Part shown: in pieces, positions 1 through 13,288 of the stretch
Numbering within the stretch: the first letter of the stretch is position 1
Layout of the letters: each line of letters opens with the position of its first letter
DNA from: a virus
Lineage: Duplodnaviria; Heunggongvirae; Uroviricota; Caudoviricetes
Length of the DNA: 53,807 bases
Virus record (IMG/VR): IMGVR_UViG_2718217709_000003
Reading direction: 5' to 3' (one strand)
Made by a program: the position numbers and the translations under genes
Notes under the pieces: model-generated
Databases searched by the model: none
The model's input: only the letters and a program-made list of their open reading frames with translations
Told to the model about the DNA's origin: nothing

Positions 1-725
1 ATGACGGTCGCCCAGTGTCTCGACTACTGGTTCGACAACTACGTCTCTACAACTCTCAGAGAAAAGACCCAGGCACTTTACCGATCAACGGTTATGAAGC
101 GCATGCATGACGCCTTTCCTAATCGTCCGGCATCTTCTATCACGGTTAAGCAATGGGTTGACCTGCTTACCGAAGAAGAAAGAGATAATCCACGCCGAGC
201 AAGGCAGGTGCTAAGTCAACTAAGATCAGCAATAAGTTGGTGCATGCGGCGTCAGTTGATAGATAGTTGCGCAATTATGAGCATCCAACCAAGGGACTTC
301 GGCTCCCGCGCTGAGGTAGGGGATCGGGTACTGTCGTATCACGAACTGGCTAAGATTTGGCTTGCTATTGAAAGAAGCCGTGCGTCTACGTCAAATAAGC
401 TACTTCATCAGATGCTTATGCTGTGGGGGGCGAGGCTCTCAGAGCTTAGGCTGGCAACAAAGACAGAGTTTGACCTGCTGGACAACGTATGGACCGTACC
501 GAAAGAGCATAGCAAGATGGGTAATGTTATCCGCCGTCCAATCTTCGAACAAATTAAGCCTTTCCTCGAAAAGGCCATGACAACGTACAATGATGTTCTT
601 TTCCCTGGAGAAGACATAAACAAACCGATCAGCATCGCTGCAGCCAACCGATTCGTAAATAGAATAAGGGGAGGGATGGATATAGGTTACTGGCGAACAC
701 ATGATTTCAGAAGAACGCTTGTTAC
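1..725 (+). pseudogene. P4-type tyrosine integrase, 5' portion (runs off the window start; interrupted by IS100)
   Basis: Frame-1 translation ends in the integrase box ...WRTHDFRRTLVT before the reading frame enters IS sequence at 726; the 3' portion resumes after the IS. Confidence 0.7.
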
Positions 726-3028
<2,303 letters not shown>

Positions 3029-3227
3029 CTTAATTCTCCAGGCAAAAAGAAACCGCCATATAGCGGCTCTATCAGATATGTACAGGCCTCATCGAGTGTG
3101 AGGCTGTGTGATTTCTTTATTTCCACTCTTAATGTTTGTCAGTGAATGGTTTCTCTATCTCCATTAATGCCTTATTCATCTCATTTCGTAACTCTATAGC
3201 CATCCTGACGGCTTCAACCTGTGCAGG

Positions 3228-4286
3228 ATGTCGGTTATGGGCGATTTAGCCATGAGGGCTAACGTCGCTCTTTCTCAGGGACCGGAAGCCTACAGTAAAT
3301 TCATTACTGACAACAAGGACAGGTTAAATCGCGTTGGTGCTAATGCTGACTGGATGATTCAGACAGGTATCCAGAATCCAGAGCAGCTATCACACATGCT
3401 GACTACTATGTCTCTCGGTGCGCTTGGACCAGAAAAGGCGTTTGCTGTTCAGGATAAGATGGCTGGTCGTGAAATTGACCGAGGCAGGCTGGCAGAGACA
3501 ATCCGCAGCAATCAGGCTGGTGAAGCACTTCAGGCGAGAGGGCAAAACCTTTCCTATCAGTCAGCAATGACTGGGCACAATATCGCAGCACAACGCTTGG
3601 CTCTGGATCAGCAAGAGTTCGGGTTTAAGATGCAGCAAGCGCAGGAAAAGGCTCAGCAGTTGATTAGTGAAGCACCTAAGCTGTCAGTAAACATGGAAAA
3701 AGGCATCGAGACGGCTGTAAACAATGCCACAGCATCATCAAACTCAGCCAATTCTATGAGTGCGCTTGCTCAACAGTTCAGAGCAGAAAAACCAACGACA
3801 GGTTTGTTCGGTAACGCACAGAACATGTTCGCAAAACTTACCGGAAGCGATACGACATTGCGTGATTTGCGCATCCGCCAAAATGCCCTTGTTAACAGTC
3901 AGGTTCTTAAATTCCTACCTCCCGGCCCAGCAACGGATAAAGACGTTGAGATCGTTCGGCAGGGTGCGCCAACTGACATGGATAACCCTGAGACGGTCGC
4001 AAGATGGCTTGATGCAATGGCAAACCTTGAGCGACGAAACGCGCAGTTTAATGAGTTTAAAGCTGAGTGGATGAGCGCGAATGGCAATCCTGGACAATCG
4101 CGTAATGGCGGTCAGATATTGGGGTTGGATGTTAAAAAAGGTGAATCATTGGGGAGTGCCGTTAAGCGGTATATGTCATTGAATACTGACGCAGCGCCAG
4201 CACAAGATTCGACACCTTCAGGAGAACCACGGAATCAGGTTGGATCATATACCTCAAAATCAGGCATTCAATTTACGGTGGAATGA
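3228..4286 (+). CDS. Hypothetical protein (352 aa); possibly a P22 gp20-like ejection protein
   Basis: Long ORF rich in Ala/Gln/Asn, translationally coupled (ATGA overlap) to the next ORF; lies upstream of the immI region and tailspike where P22-like phages encode ejection proteins. Product is inferred from position only. Confidence 0.4.
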   Translation: MSVMGDLAMRANVALSQGPEAYSKFITDNKDRLNRVGANADWMIQTGIQNPEQLSHMLTTMSLGALGPEKAFAVQDKMAGREIDRGRLAETIRSNQAGEALQARGQNLSYQSAMTGHNIAAQRLALDQQEFGFKMQQAQEKAQQLISEAPKLSVNMEKGIETAVNNATASSNSANSMSALAQQFRAEKPTTGLFGNAQNMFAKLTGSDTTLRDLRIRQNALVNSQVLKFLPPGPATDKDVEIVRQGAPTDMDNPETVARWLDAMANLERRNAQFNEFKAEWMSANGNPGQSRNGGQILGLDVKKGESLGSAVKRYMSLNTDAAPAQDSTPSGEPRNQVGSYTSKSGIQFTVE

Positions 4287-6124
4287 TGAAAGTAACTGCA
4301 AACGGTAAGACATTTACCTTCCCTGATGGTACGAGCACGGAAGATATTGGAGCCGCCATTGATGATTATTTTGCTGGTCAGGTTGTTCAGCAACAAACAG
4401 TTAATCAGGCCAATAATGCACCAGTACGTGAAGAACCATCATTGATGCAACAAGCTGGCGATTGGCTCACTGGTGGTCAAAGTGCAGGGCAAATTGCAGA
4501 ACAGGCTGGTCGTGGTCTGGTAAACATACCATTTGACGTATTGCAGGGTGGCGCAAGTCTGATTAATGCAATCAGTCAGGGGCTTGGTGGGCCAAAAGTT
4601 TTGGATGATGTTTATCGTCCAGTAGACAAACCGACAGACCCATACGCACAAGCCGGTGAAACAATTGGTGGGTATTTAGTTCCAGGAGTTGGAACGGCAG
4701 GAAGCATGGCTATTGGATCGCTGGCAGAGGCCGCAAATCAGAAAGGCGATTTCGCACAAAATGCAGCTAAAAATGCCGGAGTTAACCTTGCCGCTCAGGG
4801 TGTTCTTTCCGCAGCAGCAAAGGGAATAGGGCGTGGAATAACGGCTATAAAAGGTGATATTGCGCCAGAAGTGGCGAAGAAAATTGCCACATCAGAATCG
4901 ATGGGCGTGACACCAATGACATCTGATGTTATCCCGCCGAAAAATGCTTTCACTCGCGGCCTTACTCAGGATGCCGAGGGGGCTTTGCTCGGGACGGGCT
5001 CAAAGCGAGCAGAGCAATATGCAACGCGGAGTAAGCTGGTAAGCAATTATTTTGACCGTTTTGGTGAGTACAACCCTGATGATGTGGTGAAATCTCTGAC
5101 CACCACGTTAAGGGGGCGGAAGGATGCCGCTGGCGCTGTTATCAATGACGTCACCAATAAAATGGGTAATGCCGCAGTTGATACCACAAATACCATGAAT
5201 GCTCTGAATACAGCGATCGCAAGACAGGAACGGCTTGGGACGTCTGCCAATCAAAGCCTGCTTACATCCTTGCGTAACCTACGTGAAGAATTAGCAAACC
5301 CTGCAACTGATTTGGATGTTACGTTTGATCTCTTGCGTCAGCACAGAACAGCATTTAGATCTAATGTTCAGGGAGATGCTATGGTCTTCCCCAACCAGGC
5401 AAAAGCAGCTACCAATATGGTAGAGAATGCAATGTCAAAAGACCTTCGTAACGCAGTTGCTAAAAACCTCGGTGCATCAGACGCAGCAAAATACCTTAAA
5501 GCAAATTCCGATTATGCAAACGTTTATAATAAGGTGCTTAATAAAAACATTGCCAACAAGCTCAACAAGGCAAGCAGTGAAGCCAGTCCTGAACTTATAA
5601 ATACCGTTGTATTAAGCAGAAAACCATCTGACGTGAAACGAATCTGGAGCGCACTGGATGATAAGGGGAAAGATGCTATGCGTGCAGCTTACGTCAGCAA
5701 AATAGCGGAAAAGACCGGGGACTCTCCAGCCAAGTTCATCACTGAAGTTAATAAGCTGAAATCTCAGTCAGGCGGTGAAATTTACAACACTATTTTTTCT
5801 GGAAAGCACATGAAAGAGCTTGATGCTCTTCATGAAGTTCTACAGCAAACAGCAAGGTCAGACACCGCAAATGTAGTAACTCAGACGGGGCAATCGCAAG
5901 CCAACAGGATAAGGACGATTGGCGCAACTGCGACCCTTGGCGTATCAATGGGGCTTGAGGCTGGTTTTGGTGCAATGATGCGCTTGTATGAGTCCAAAGC
6001 AGCAAGGAATATGCTTCTTCGTTTGGCAAACACCAAAGCAGGAACACCAGCCTATGAAAGAGCGATAAATAACGCTGCGAATGCCATCAGACCGCTGTTT
6101 GCTACTGAGGCAACACAGCAGTAA
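4283..6124 (+). CDS. Hypothetical protein (613 aa); possibly a P22 gp16-like ejection protein
   Basis: Long Ala/Gly-rich ORF, about the size of P22 gp16, in the matching position before the immI region; assignment is positional. Confidence 0.4.
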   Translation: MMKVTANGKTFTFPDGTSTEDIGAAIDDYFAGQVVQQQTVNQANNAPVREEPSLMQQAGDWLTGGQSAGQIAEQAGRGLVNIPFDVLQGGASLINAISQGLGGPKVLDDVYRPVDKPTDPYAQAGETIGGYLVPGVGTAGSMAIGSLAEAANQKGDFAQNAAKNAGVNLAAQGVLSAAAKGIGRGITAIKGDIAPEVAKKIATSESMGVTPMTSDVIPPKNAFTRGLTQDAEGALLGTGSKRAEQYATRSKLVSNYFDRFGEYNPDDVVKSLTTTLRGRKDAAGAVINDVTNKMGNAAVDTTNTMNALNTAIARQERLGTSANQSLLTSLRNLREELANPATDLDVTFDLLRQHRTAFRSNVQGDAMVFPNQAKAATNMVENAMSKDLRNAVAKNLGASDAAKYLKANSDYANVYNKVLNKNIANKLNKASSEASPELINTVVLSRKPSDVKRIWSALDDKGKDAMRAAYVSKIAEKTGDSPAKFITEVNKLKSQSGGEIYNTIFSGKHMKELDALHEVLQQTARSDTANVVTQTGQSQANRIRTIGATATLGVSMGLEAGFGAMMRLYESKAARNMLLRLANTKAGTPAYERAINNAANAIRPLFATEATQQ

Positions 6125-6148
6125 CGTATGGGAAATTGGATTCAATCG

Positions 6149-6538
6149 CTAACATTTTCTTTTTACTTTTCCAACAAAAGCTTTGGTTGAATCCATATTT
6201 CCATAACCGGAAATGGTTTTTGACATTAAAACTGTTCCAGTAGGATGTATTACCCATGAGTCGATAACGCGTTGAGTTTCGCCATTCGCGCCGATTCCTA
6301 TGATGGAGTTTTTAGACAATGCTTTGTAAGCCATGCCGCCCGCATCTGTCCCAGAATATGTGATGCTGGCATCTTCACCGTTTGTCTTAATGATGAATGT
6401 TCCACTAAAACCATCTTCTTCCGGATGGAAATTATTTCGTTCTGAATAGCTTATTCCGCGCATATCTCCAACGACCCAGCACTCTGCTGTAGCCCCAAAA
6501 GATATGAATAAGAACATAGCAGTAAGAAATTGCTTCAC
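6149..6538 (-). CDS. Secreted protein of unknown function (129 aa, N-terminal signal peptide)
   Basis: N-terminus MKQFLTAMFLFISFGATA looks like a Sec signal peptide; sits where P22-like phages carry sieA. Confidence 0.5.
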   Translation of the reverse strand: MKQFLTAMFLFISFGATAECWVVGDMRGISYSERNNFHPEEDGFSGTFIIKTNGEDASITYSGTDAGGMAYKALSKNSIIGIGANGETQRVIDSWVIHPTGTVLMSKTISGYGNMDSTKAFVGKVKRKC

Positions 6539-6655
6539 GCCAACCTCCTTAGTTTTGAGCAGGATACCATGAAAAAAGTAAACATCTTTTGCCTACTTCA
6601 CATTTGAATGGTTTGTCATTAGGATGTTTCCGGTTTTTTAAATATGGAAATTGAT

Positions 6656-7075
6656 ATGAAGAGGATTATTGGCGTCGTTGCTGGCGCTATATTGTTATCT
6701 GGGTGCGCAACTATTGTTGGTGACGAAACGCAGCTTGTGCAAGTGAACAGCAATCCTTCCGGTGCGAGCTTTAAGGTAAAAGACGAATCAGGCGTGATTG
6801 TTGCGCAAGGTAAGACCCCGCAAGGAGTAACTCTTGCCAAGTCAGATGGTAGTTATTTTGGCAAAAAGAGCTACCAGATCACTATGGAAAAGGATGGGTA
6901 CGAACCAGTTACCCTGCCAATCAAAGCCAATGCTAATGGCTGGTATATTGGTGGAAACCTTGTGTTTGGTGGGTTAATTGGTTGGCTTGCTGTAGATCCT
7001 TTTAATGGTGGGATGTATACCTTGAAGCCAAAAGAGGCAAACGCATCTCTTATACCATCAACAAAGCAAGACTAA
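6656..7075 (+). CDS. Lipoprotein of unknown function (about 139 aa)
   Basis: Lipobox LLSGC after a hydrophobic N-terminus (MKRIIGVVAGAILLSGC); followed by a strong intrinsic terminator. Confidence 0.55.
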   Translation: MKRIIGVVAGAILLSGCATIVGDETQLVQVNSNPSGASFKVKDESGVIVAQGKTPQGVTLAKSDGSYFGKKSYQITMEKDGYEPVTLPIKANANGWYIGGNLVFGGLIGWLAVDPFNGGMYTLKPKEANASLIPSTKQD

Positions 7076-7083
7076 TAAATAGG

Positions 7084-7108
7084 ACCCACCTTCAGGTGGG
7101 TTTTTTGT
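7084..7108 (+). terminator. Rho-independent terminator after the lipoprotein gene
   Basis: GC stem cccacc-ttcag-gtgggt followed by a T run (ttttttg). Confidence 0.6.
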
Positions 7109-7343
7109 ACAAATCCTTCAGCGTATCAAATACCATCTTCTTAACAAGCTCTGACTGCTCATCAGCGAGTCGTTCTGCATCGTCGCGATATCCAGTCACA
7201 GGCGATGGTTTTGATAGAGCATCTTGGACGATTTGTAACAACTCGGAGTTCATTGATCTCCCATTCGCCTCCGCCCTGAATTTTAATTTCTCCCTTACTT
7301 CCATAGGCATACGGAAGTTAAAGTGCGGATCATCTCTAGCCAT
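7092..7343 (-). CDS. mnt: Mnt repressor (ribbon-helix-helix), P22 immI region
   Basis: 83-aa protein MARDDPHFNFRMPMEVREKLKFRAEANGRSMNSELLQIVQDAL... matches P22 Mnt as I recall it. Confidence 0.85.
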   Translation of the reverse strand: MARDDPHFNFRMPMEVREKLKFRAEANGRSMNSELLQIVQDALSKPSPVTGYRDDAERLADEQSELVKKMVFDTLKDLYKKPT

Positions 7344-7370
7344 GCCATCACTCCAAGTTAGTGTATTGAC

Positions 7371-7391
7371 ATGATAGAAGCACTCTACTAT
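7371..7391. promoter_or_regulatory. Arc operator overlapping the Pant promoter
   Basis: ATGATAGAAGCACTCTACTAT matches the P22 arc operator; a TTGACA -35 hexamer sits immediately upstream (7366-7371). Confidence 0.7.
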
Positions 7392-7400
7392 ATTCTCAAT

Positions 7401-7417
7401 AGGTCCACGGTGGACCT
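7401..7417. promoter_or_regulatory. Mnt operator (17-bp palindrome)
   Basis: AGGTCCACGGTGGACCT is a perfect palindrome matching the P22 Omnt sequence. Confidence 0.7.
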
Positions 7418-7433
7418 ATATTGTGAGGTGAAT

Positions 7434-7595
7434 ATGAAAGGAATGAGCAAGATGCCGCAGTTCAATTTGCGGTGGCCTAAAGAAGTATTGGATTTGGTCC
7501 GCAAGGTGGCGGAAGAGAATGGTCGGTCTGTTAACTCTGAGATTTATCAGAGAGTAATGGAAAGCTTTAAGAAGGAAGGGCGCATTGGCGCGTAA
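7434..7595 (+). CDS. arc: Arc repressor (53 aa)
   Basis: [53 protein letters not shown]; the ORF track extends it upstream, but the ATG at 7434 gives the canonical 53 aa. Confidence 0.85.
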   Translation: MKGMSKMPQFNLRWPKEVLDLVRKVAEENGRSVNSEIYQRVMESFKKEGRIGA

Positions 7596-7663
7596 AGTTG
7601 AAGCCCCAACTGCGGGAACAGTCAGGGCTTCGGTTGTCAGTAAATCCGTGGAGAAAAACCAAC

Positions 7664-8566
7664 ATGAATAGTATAGCAATTTTAGAAGCAGTGAACACCT
7701 CTTATGTACCATTCAACGGTCAGCAAATTATCACCGCCATGGCTGCCGGAGTTGCATATGTTGCGATGAAGCCAATCGTTGAAAACCTTGGAATGAGCTG
7801 GTCAACGCAGCAAACAAAACTCATGAAGCAGATTAGCAAATTCAACTGTGTTCATATGAACATGGTTGCCGCTGATGGGAAGCTTCGTAAGCTACTCTGC
7901 CTTCCTTTGAAGAAGTTAAATGGATGGCTGTTCAGCATCAACCCTGAGAAAGTTCGTGCTGACATCCGTGATAAACTGATTCAGTACCAGGAAGAATGCT
8001 TTACTGTACTGCATGACTACTGGACAAAGGGAAAGGCAGAAAATGCACGTAAGAAAACATCTGTTGATGACAGGACTCCGCTTCGTGATGCTGTAAATAT
8101 GCTAGTCAGCAAAAAGCATCTAATGTACCCAGAAGCTTATGCAATGATTCATCAGCGTTTCAATGTGGAAAGTATTGAAGAGCTTGATGCATCTCAGATA
8201 CCGCAAGCCGTAGAGTACATCCACAGGGTAGTGCTTGAAGGTGAATTTATCGGCAAACAAGAGAAGAAAACCAACGAGCTTTCTGCAAAAGAAGCAAACA
8301 GCCTTGTATGGTTATGGGATTATGCCAACCGCTCACAGGCATTATTCCGCGAACTGTATCTGGCGCTAAAACAAATTCAATCGAACTATTCCGGCAGATG
8401 CTACGACTACGGTCATGAATTCTCGTATGTTATCGGAATGGCGAGAGACGTTTTAATAAACCACACACGAGATGTTGATATTAATGAGCCAGACGGACCA
8501 ACGAATCTTTCCGCATGGATGAGACTTAAGAATAAAGAATTGCCTCCTTCAGTACATAACTACTGA
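7664..8566 (+). CDS. ant: Antirepressor Ant (300 aa)
   Basis: Directly downstream of arc as in P22 immI; start taken at MNSIAIL, which gives 300 aa. Confidence 0.7.
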   Translation: MNSIAILEAVNTSYVPFNGQQIITAMAAGVAYVAMKPIVENLGMSWSTQQTKLMKQISKFNCVHMNMVAADGKLRKLLCLPLKKLNGWLFSINPEKVRADIRDKLIQYQEECFTVLHDYWTKGKAENARKKTSVDDRTPLRDAVNMLVSKKHLMYPEAYAMIHQRFNVESIEELDASQIPQAVEYIHRVVLEGEFIGKQEKKTNELSAKEANSLVWLWDYANRSQALFRELYLALKQIQSNYSGRCYDYGHEFSYVIGMARDVLINHTRDVDINEPDGPTNLSAWMRLKNKELPPSVHNY

Positions 8567-8585
8567 CAGATAACCAACGCAACGA

Positions 8586-8609
8586 CCCAGCTTCGGCTGG
8601 GTTTTTTTA
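8586..8609 (+). terminator. Rho-independent terminator after ant
   Basis: Stem acccagc-ttcg-gctgggt followed by tttttttat. Confidence 0.6.
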
Positions 8610-8666
8610 TGCCCAAAATTCACCGTAGCTACGCTGCGGCGATTCCTTGTATCTGGAGCAAATTAA

Positions 8667-11168
8667 ATGACAGACATTACAGCCAATGTTGTAGTAAGCA
8701 TGCCTTCGCAACTCTTCACTATGGCGCGTTCTTTTAAAGCCGTAGCCAATGGCAAAATTTATATCGGTAAAATTGACACTGACCCGGTAAATCCTGAAAA
8801 CCAGATTCAGGTCTATGTGGAGAACGAAGACGGCTCTCACGTTCCTGTTGCACAGCCAATCGTCATCAATGCCGCAGGGTATCCAGTATATAACGGACAG
8901 ATTGCCAAATTCGTTACCGTGCAAGGCCATTCTATGGCTGTTTATGATGCGTATGGTGCTCAGCAGTTCTATTTTCCTAATGTGCTGAAGTATGATCCAG
9001 ATCAACTACGTGCACAACTTTTAAGCCCATTGGATGGACTTGGAGATAACCTTGTTAACGTAAAGCAACCAGGCATGTCGTCAGACAGAAGAACTGTTCA
9101 TGATAAAATGATTGAGTCAATCAGCATAGCTGATTACATTGTAAATGACAGCAGCATAACAAATGCAATTATAAATGCCTTAAGTTCAAACGTAGGAACT
9201 ATAATTATTCCTCCTGGTGAGTTTGTTGCAAACCCGTCAATAAAAGATGTTTCTGGATTATTTAAGTTGTTTTCAAGATGTGAGTTAAGGGGGCGGCTTA
9301 CAGTTAATATTCCTCCTGGCTATTCATATTTTACAGAAAAGACCATTGTTAGTTGTATAGGCGCCCATAATTTGACAATTAAGGGTGTCAAATATGAAAC
9401 ATCAATAACATCACTTGTATCAGTTGCTGGTTCGAAGAAAAATTATTCTGTAACGATATCGCTTTCTGATGCTTCAAATGTTTCTGTTGGTGATTATATC
9501 ATAATTAGACATGACGTTTCAGGAACCGGTGCATATCACATGCACTGTGGAGGATGGAAAGTACTGTCAGTTTCTGGAGCAAATGTTACAGTAAATAATA
9601 CTTGCCATCTTGATAACTTCCCTGAATCGACATTAACTGGAGGATCGGTATCTATAATTAAGTCGGTTCTCAAATATACTGGTTGTGATGGTTTTGCCGT
9701 GTCAGGTGGTGATTGTATTAATACAATTGATGGTGTAGCCATTGTTGGTGATTACTCGGTAGCAGAATCTATAGGCACAATTGGAGCGCATGGGTTCACT
9801 ATTGCCACGCCTGATATAACAATTGATGAACCAGATCCATCAAATAAAGTATTTGACATGTCTGGTAATTTAGCAATTGGTCCTGATATTGTTATATCAG
9901 GGTGGGGGGAGCAGGGATTTGTTGCTTCTGGTCGAGCAGGTGTTGTATGTAATTTTATAGCTTCATCATCTAATAGAAAGCGCGGTATTTACGCGGAAGG
10001 AGCTCATATCAGAGGAAAATTCATGGTTTGCTCTGGTAATGGTGAAGATGGGATTATATCTGATATCGGTGGTGCGATTCAGGCCAACGGATCTGTATGC
10101 TCAGGAAATGGGTTGAATGGGTTCTGGTCATTTAATAACAGTGAGTTAAGCGCGCCAAATGGTGTTGCGTGTGGTAACTCAACAAATGGTATTGAGGCCA
10201 GGGCGTTATCAAAAGTTAATTTCGAAAACGGTAGATCATATCTAAATGCCAGAAATGGAGTATCAGCGTCATATGGTGGAAACATAGCTTTCACTGGTGG
10301 AACATCTAGCGATAATGTAATAGATGGTATCTATTCTGTTTACAACGCAACAGTAGCAGCTAATAATGCAAGTTCGAAAAACAACAGAAGGTATGGTGTT
10401 AACTGCACAGATTCTATGATAGTTATGACTGGTAGCGGAGATGTGTCAGGAAATGTTGCTGCAAACTATATAGATAACGGTGGCGGGGTAATTATAGATA
10501 CGGAAGGAGAGGTGATTCCTGTTAATGCACATCCGCAGAGAAATCTCATGCTGAGGAATGCAACAACTCTTTCTGGTTGTGATATTTCACCTTCATCAAT
10601 TGGTGATATTACCATTTCGTTAAAAAGCTCTCCTTCTGCAGATTTAAGTGATCGTTATGTTTTTAAAGCCGATGGAACTCAGCATCCATCTGGTGATGCA
10701 ACCCAAAATTTGGGGCGCGCGAGCAACAGATATAATGTTGGATATTTTGCCGGAGGTACGCAATCAAGTTCTGATGCAAGACTCAAGACAGCAGTTAGAG
10801 GTATGACCGCTGATGAAATAAATGCCGCAATGAAGATTGCAGAAGTTCTAGGTTTTTGGTCTTGGATTGATGATGAATCTAAAAGACTGCATGCTGGAAC
10901 GACTGTTCAGAAAGTTATTGCAATACTTGAGGAGAATAATCTTGATTGGAAAAAATACGGATTTATTGGTTATGATGCTTGGGATGATGAATTTGAATAT
11001 GTTACTGAAATTGATGAATTTGGAAACTTAGTTAAGAATGGAGAGATGAAGTTGATTAGAGCGGCTGGTGATCTTTGGCAGTTTAGAGATCAGGAGCTTG
11101 ATAGATTTATAATGAGAGGTCTTTTCGAAAGAATTAGAAAGCTTGAAGAATCGTTATACCAAAGATAG
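8667..11168 (+). CDS. Tailspike (833 aa): P22-type head-binding N-terminus, beta-helix receptor domain, C-terminal intramolecular chaperone
   Basis: First ~110 aa ([59 protein letters not shown]...[15 protein letters not shown]) match the P22 gp9 N-terminus; central SGNG/GxNG repeats typical of a parallel beta-helix; C-terminus ...[11 protein letters not shown]...GFWSWIDDE... resembles the peptidase S74 autochaperone. Confidence 0.8.
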   Translation: MTDITANVVVSMPSQLFTMARSFKAVANGKIYIGKIDTDPVNPENQIQVYVENEDGSHVPVAQPIVINAAGYPVYNGQIAKFVTVQGHSMAVYDAYGAQQFYFPNVLKYDPDQLRAQLLSPLDGLGDNLVNVKQPGMSSDRRTVHDKMIESISIADYIVNDSSITNAIINALSSNVGTIIIPPGEFVANPSIKDVSGLFKLFSRCELRGRLTVNIPPGYSYFTEKTIVSCIGAHNLTIKGVKYETSITSLVSVAGSKKNYSVTISLSDASNVSVGDYIIIRHDVSGTGAYHMHCGGWKVLSVSGANVTVNNTCHLDNFPESTLTGGSVSIIKSVLKYTGCDGFAVSGGDCINTIDGVAIVGDYSVAESIGTIGAHGFTIATPDITIDEPDPSNKVFDMSGNLAIGPDIVISGWGEQGFVASGRAGVVCNFIASSSNRKRGIYAEGAHIRGKFMVCSGNGEDGIISDIGGAIQANGSVCSGNGLNGFWSFNNSELSAPNGVACGNSTNGIEARALSKVNFENGRSYLNARNGVSASYGGNIAFTGGTSSDNVIDGIYSVYNATVAANNASSKNNRRYGVNCTDSMIVMTGSGDVSGNVAANYIDNGGGVIIDTEGEVIPVNAHPQRNLMLRNATTLSGCDISPSSIGDITISLKSSPSADLSDRYVFKADGTQHPSGDATQNLGRASNRYNVGYFAGGTQSSSDARLKTAVRGMTADEINAAMKIAEVLGFWSWIDDESKRLHAGTTVQKVIAILEENNLDWKKYGFIGYDAWDDEFEYVTEIDEFGNLVKNGEMKLIRAAGDLWQFRDQELDRFIMRGLFERIRKLEESLYQR

Positions 11169-11282
11169 TAATATCAATGGGTATAATCATTTCTATATAA
11201 AAAACAGATAACCAGCAAATATCACACAAAGCTTTGCACTGGATTGCAAGGCTTTGTGCTCTTCGATAGTGGTTAAGGCGGA

Positions 11283-11351
11283 TCACTCCACCTTTTCATC
11301 AATCCAGTCCGCCCACCATTGCATCATTTCTCTGCGCTTATCGTGGCAGAT
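11283..11351 (-). pseudogene. 3'-terminal fragment of a P4-family integrase gene
   Basis: Last ~22 codons ...SICHDKRREMMQWWADWIDEKVE* resemble the conserved C-terminal tail of P4-type integrases; upstream codons are not integrase-like. Confidence 0.45.
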
Positions 11352-11931
11352 AGATGCCTCACTATCACACGGTGATGGTTCATTACTGGTTTGCATAATG
11401 GATAGAGAACTGCGGATAAAAGATATCCCAAAACCCCAAAATCTCATCTTTAGGGGTTGCAGAAAGGGAGGCGTGAACAAATACCTGCGCATGAAAACGG
11501 AACTAGTCCAGATGTGATGTTTGTGGTGATCACATACATCATTAACGATGCTCGTTATGGTGAGTTTGATGACTACCCGCTGAAGTAAAAATTGTGTTGT
11601 GTACCAAATTGCGTACCAAACTAAAATCACAAATCATGAAGCCCTTGTTCATGGCGGTTCTCAGTGGTGTTGCGCGTAATCGTGAAACAAAAAGGTAGAT
11701 TGTTGCTTACCGTCATTCATCATTAGGTTAAATCCGTTATTTCTGCTGTCTGCCAGAGTATCAAATATCACCGTGCTAATCAGCTTTAGCGCGACAATTT
11801 GGCAGCGAGTGACAACAGATCATGTCAGATAAAAATGAGATAGTAGTCACATTTTCTTGCACTTTATTCCAGCCAGTTCATAAGTATTTCCGTAAAAAGA
11901 ACAGCTATTTGAAACACCTGAGGGTTTGCTG

Positions 11932-11957
11932 TTGAAACGCCGTCTTATTATTGCTGC
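11932..11957 (+). pseudogene. dacD: dacD 5' fragment (first ~9 codons, TTG start), cut by IS2
   Basis: Encodes (M)KRRLIIAA, then IS2 begins; the rest of the signal peptide (SLFVFNLSSGFA) resumes at 13289. Confidence 0.7.
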
Positions 11958-11968
11958 TGGATTTGCCC

Positions 11969-12874
11969 CTATATTTCCAGACATCTGTTATCACTTAACC
12001 CATTACAAGCCCGCTGCCGCAGATATTCCCGTGGCGAGCGATAACCCAGCGCACTATGCGGATGCCATTCGTTATAATGCTCGAACGCCTCTGCAAGGTT
12101 CTTTGCTGCCGTTAACCCGTCTGGTTTGGGCATGATACTGATGTAGTCACGCTTTATCGTTTTCACGAAGCTCTCTGCTATTCCGTTACTCTCCGGACTC
12201 CGCACCGCCGTGTTCTTCGGTTCAAGTCCCAACATCCGGGCGAACTGGCGTGTTTCATTAGCCCGGTAGCATGAACCATTATCCGTCAGCCACTCCACTG
12301 GAGACGACGGAAGATCGTTGCCGAAGCGGCGTTCCACCGCTCCCAGCATGACGTCCTGTACTGTTTCACTGTTGAAGCCGCCGGTAGTGACCGCCCAGTG
12401 CAGTGCCTCACGATCACAGCAGTCCAGCGCGAACGTGACACGCAGTCTCTCTCCGTTATCACAGCAGAACTCGAACCCGTCAGAGCACCATCGCTGATTG
12501 CTTTCTTTCACGGCCACTCTGCCTGTATGTGCCCGTTTCGATGGCGGTACAGCAGGTTTTCGCTCAAGCAACAGCGCATTCTGGCGCATGATCCGGTAAA
12601 CACGTTTGGCATTGATCGCAGGCATACCATCAAGTTCTGCCTGTCTGCGAAGCAGCGCCCATACCCGACGATAACCATACGTGGGCAGCTCTCCGATAAC
12701 ATGGTGTATACGGAGAAGCACATCCGTATCATCAGTGTGACGACTGCGGCGGCCATCCATCCAGTCATCGGTTCGTCTGAGAATGACGTGCAACTGCGCA
12801 CGCGACACCCGGAGACAACGGCTGACTAAGCTTACTCCCCATCCCCGGGCAATAAGGGCGCGTGCGCTATCCAC
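11969..12874 (-). CDS. insD: IS2 transposase InsD (OrfB, 301 aa)
   Basis: IS3-family DDE transposase ORF within the IS2 boundaries. Confidence 0.85.
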
Positions 12875-13197
12875 TTTTTTGCCCGTCCATATTCAACGGC
12901 TTCTTTGAGGAGTTCATTTTCCATCGTTTTCTTGCCGAGCAGGCGCTGGAGTTCTTTAATCTGCTTCATGGCGGCAGCAAGTTCAGAGGCAGGAACAACC
13001 TGTTCTCCGGCGGCGACAGCAGTAAGACTTCCTTCCTGGTATTGCTTACACCAGAGAAATAACTGGCTGGCTGCTACACCATGTTGCCGGGCAACGAGGG
13101 AGACCGTCATCCCCGGTTCAAAGCTCTGCTGAACAATTGCGATCTTTTCCTGTGTGGTACGCCGTCTGCGTTTCTCCGGCCCTAAGACATCAATCAT
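12832..13197 (-). CDS. insC: IS2 InsC (OrfA, 121 aa)
   Basis: [40 protein letters not shown]... HTH protein; overlaps insD in the usual frameshift arrangement. Confidence 0.85.
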
Positions 13198-13288
13198 CTG
13201 TTCTCCAATGACTAGTCTAAAAACTAGTATTAAGACTATCACTTATTTAAGTGATACTGGTTGTCTGGAGATTCAGGGGGCCAGTCTA

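Larger units (their letters stand above)
11958..13288 (-). mobile_element. IS2 (IS3 family), 1331 bp, with 5-bp target duplication GCTGC
   Basis: Characteristic IS2 ends (TGGATTTGCCCCTATATTTCCAGACATCTG... at 11958; ...CAGGGGGCCAGTCTA at 13288); GCTGC at 11953-11957 and 13289-13293. Confidence 0.85.

Noticed and set aside
11254-11517. 87-aa + strand ORF downstream of the tailspike
   Set aside because: No RBS, overlaps the integrase stub antisense, no recognisable features.
11352-11630. Remainder of the 115-aa - strand ORF upstream of the integrase stub
   Set aside because: Only the last ~22 codons resemble integrase; the upstream translation is not protein-like and probably just open frame in AT-rich DNA.
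12398-12829. ORFs on the + strand within IS2
   Set aside because: Antisense to insD; IS2 encodes only InsC/InsD on the other strand.
13154-13288. Upstream extension of the dacD ORF starting at an ATG at 13154
   Set aside because: These codons lie within the IS2 terminal inverted repeat; they represent an accidental in-frame fusion, not the native dacD start.
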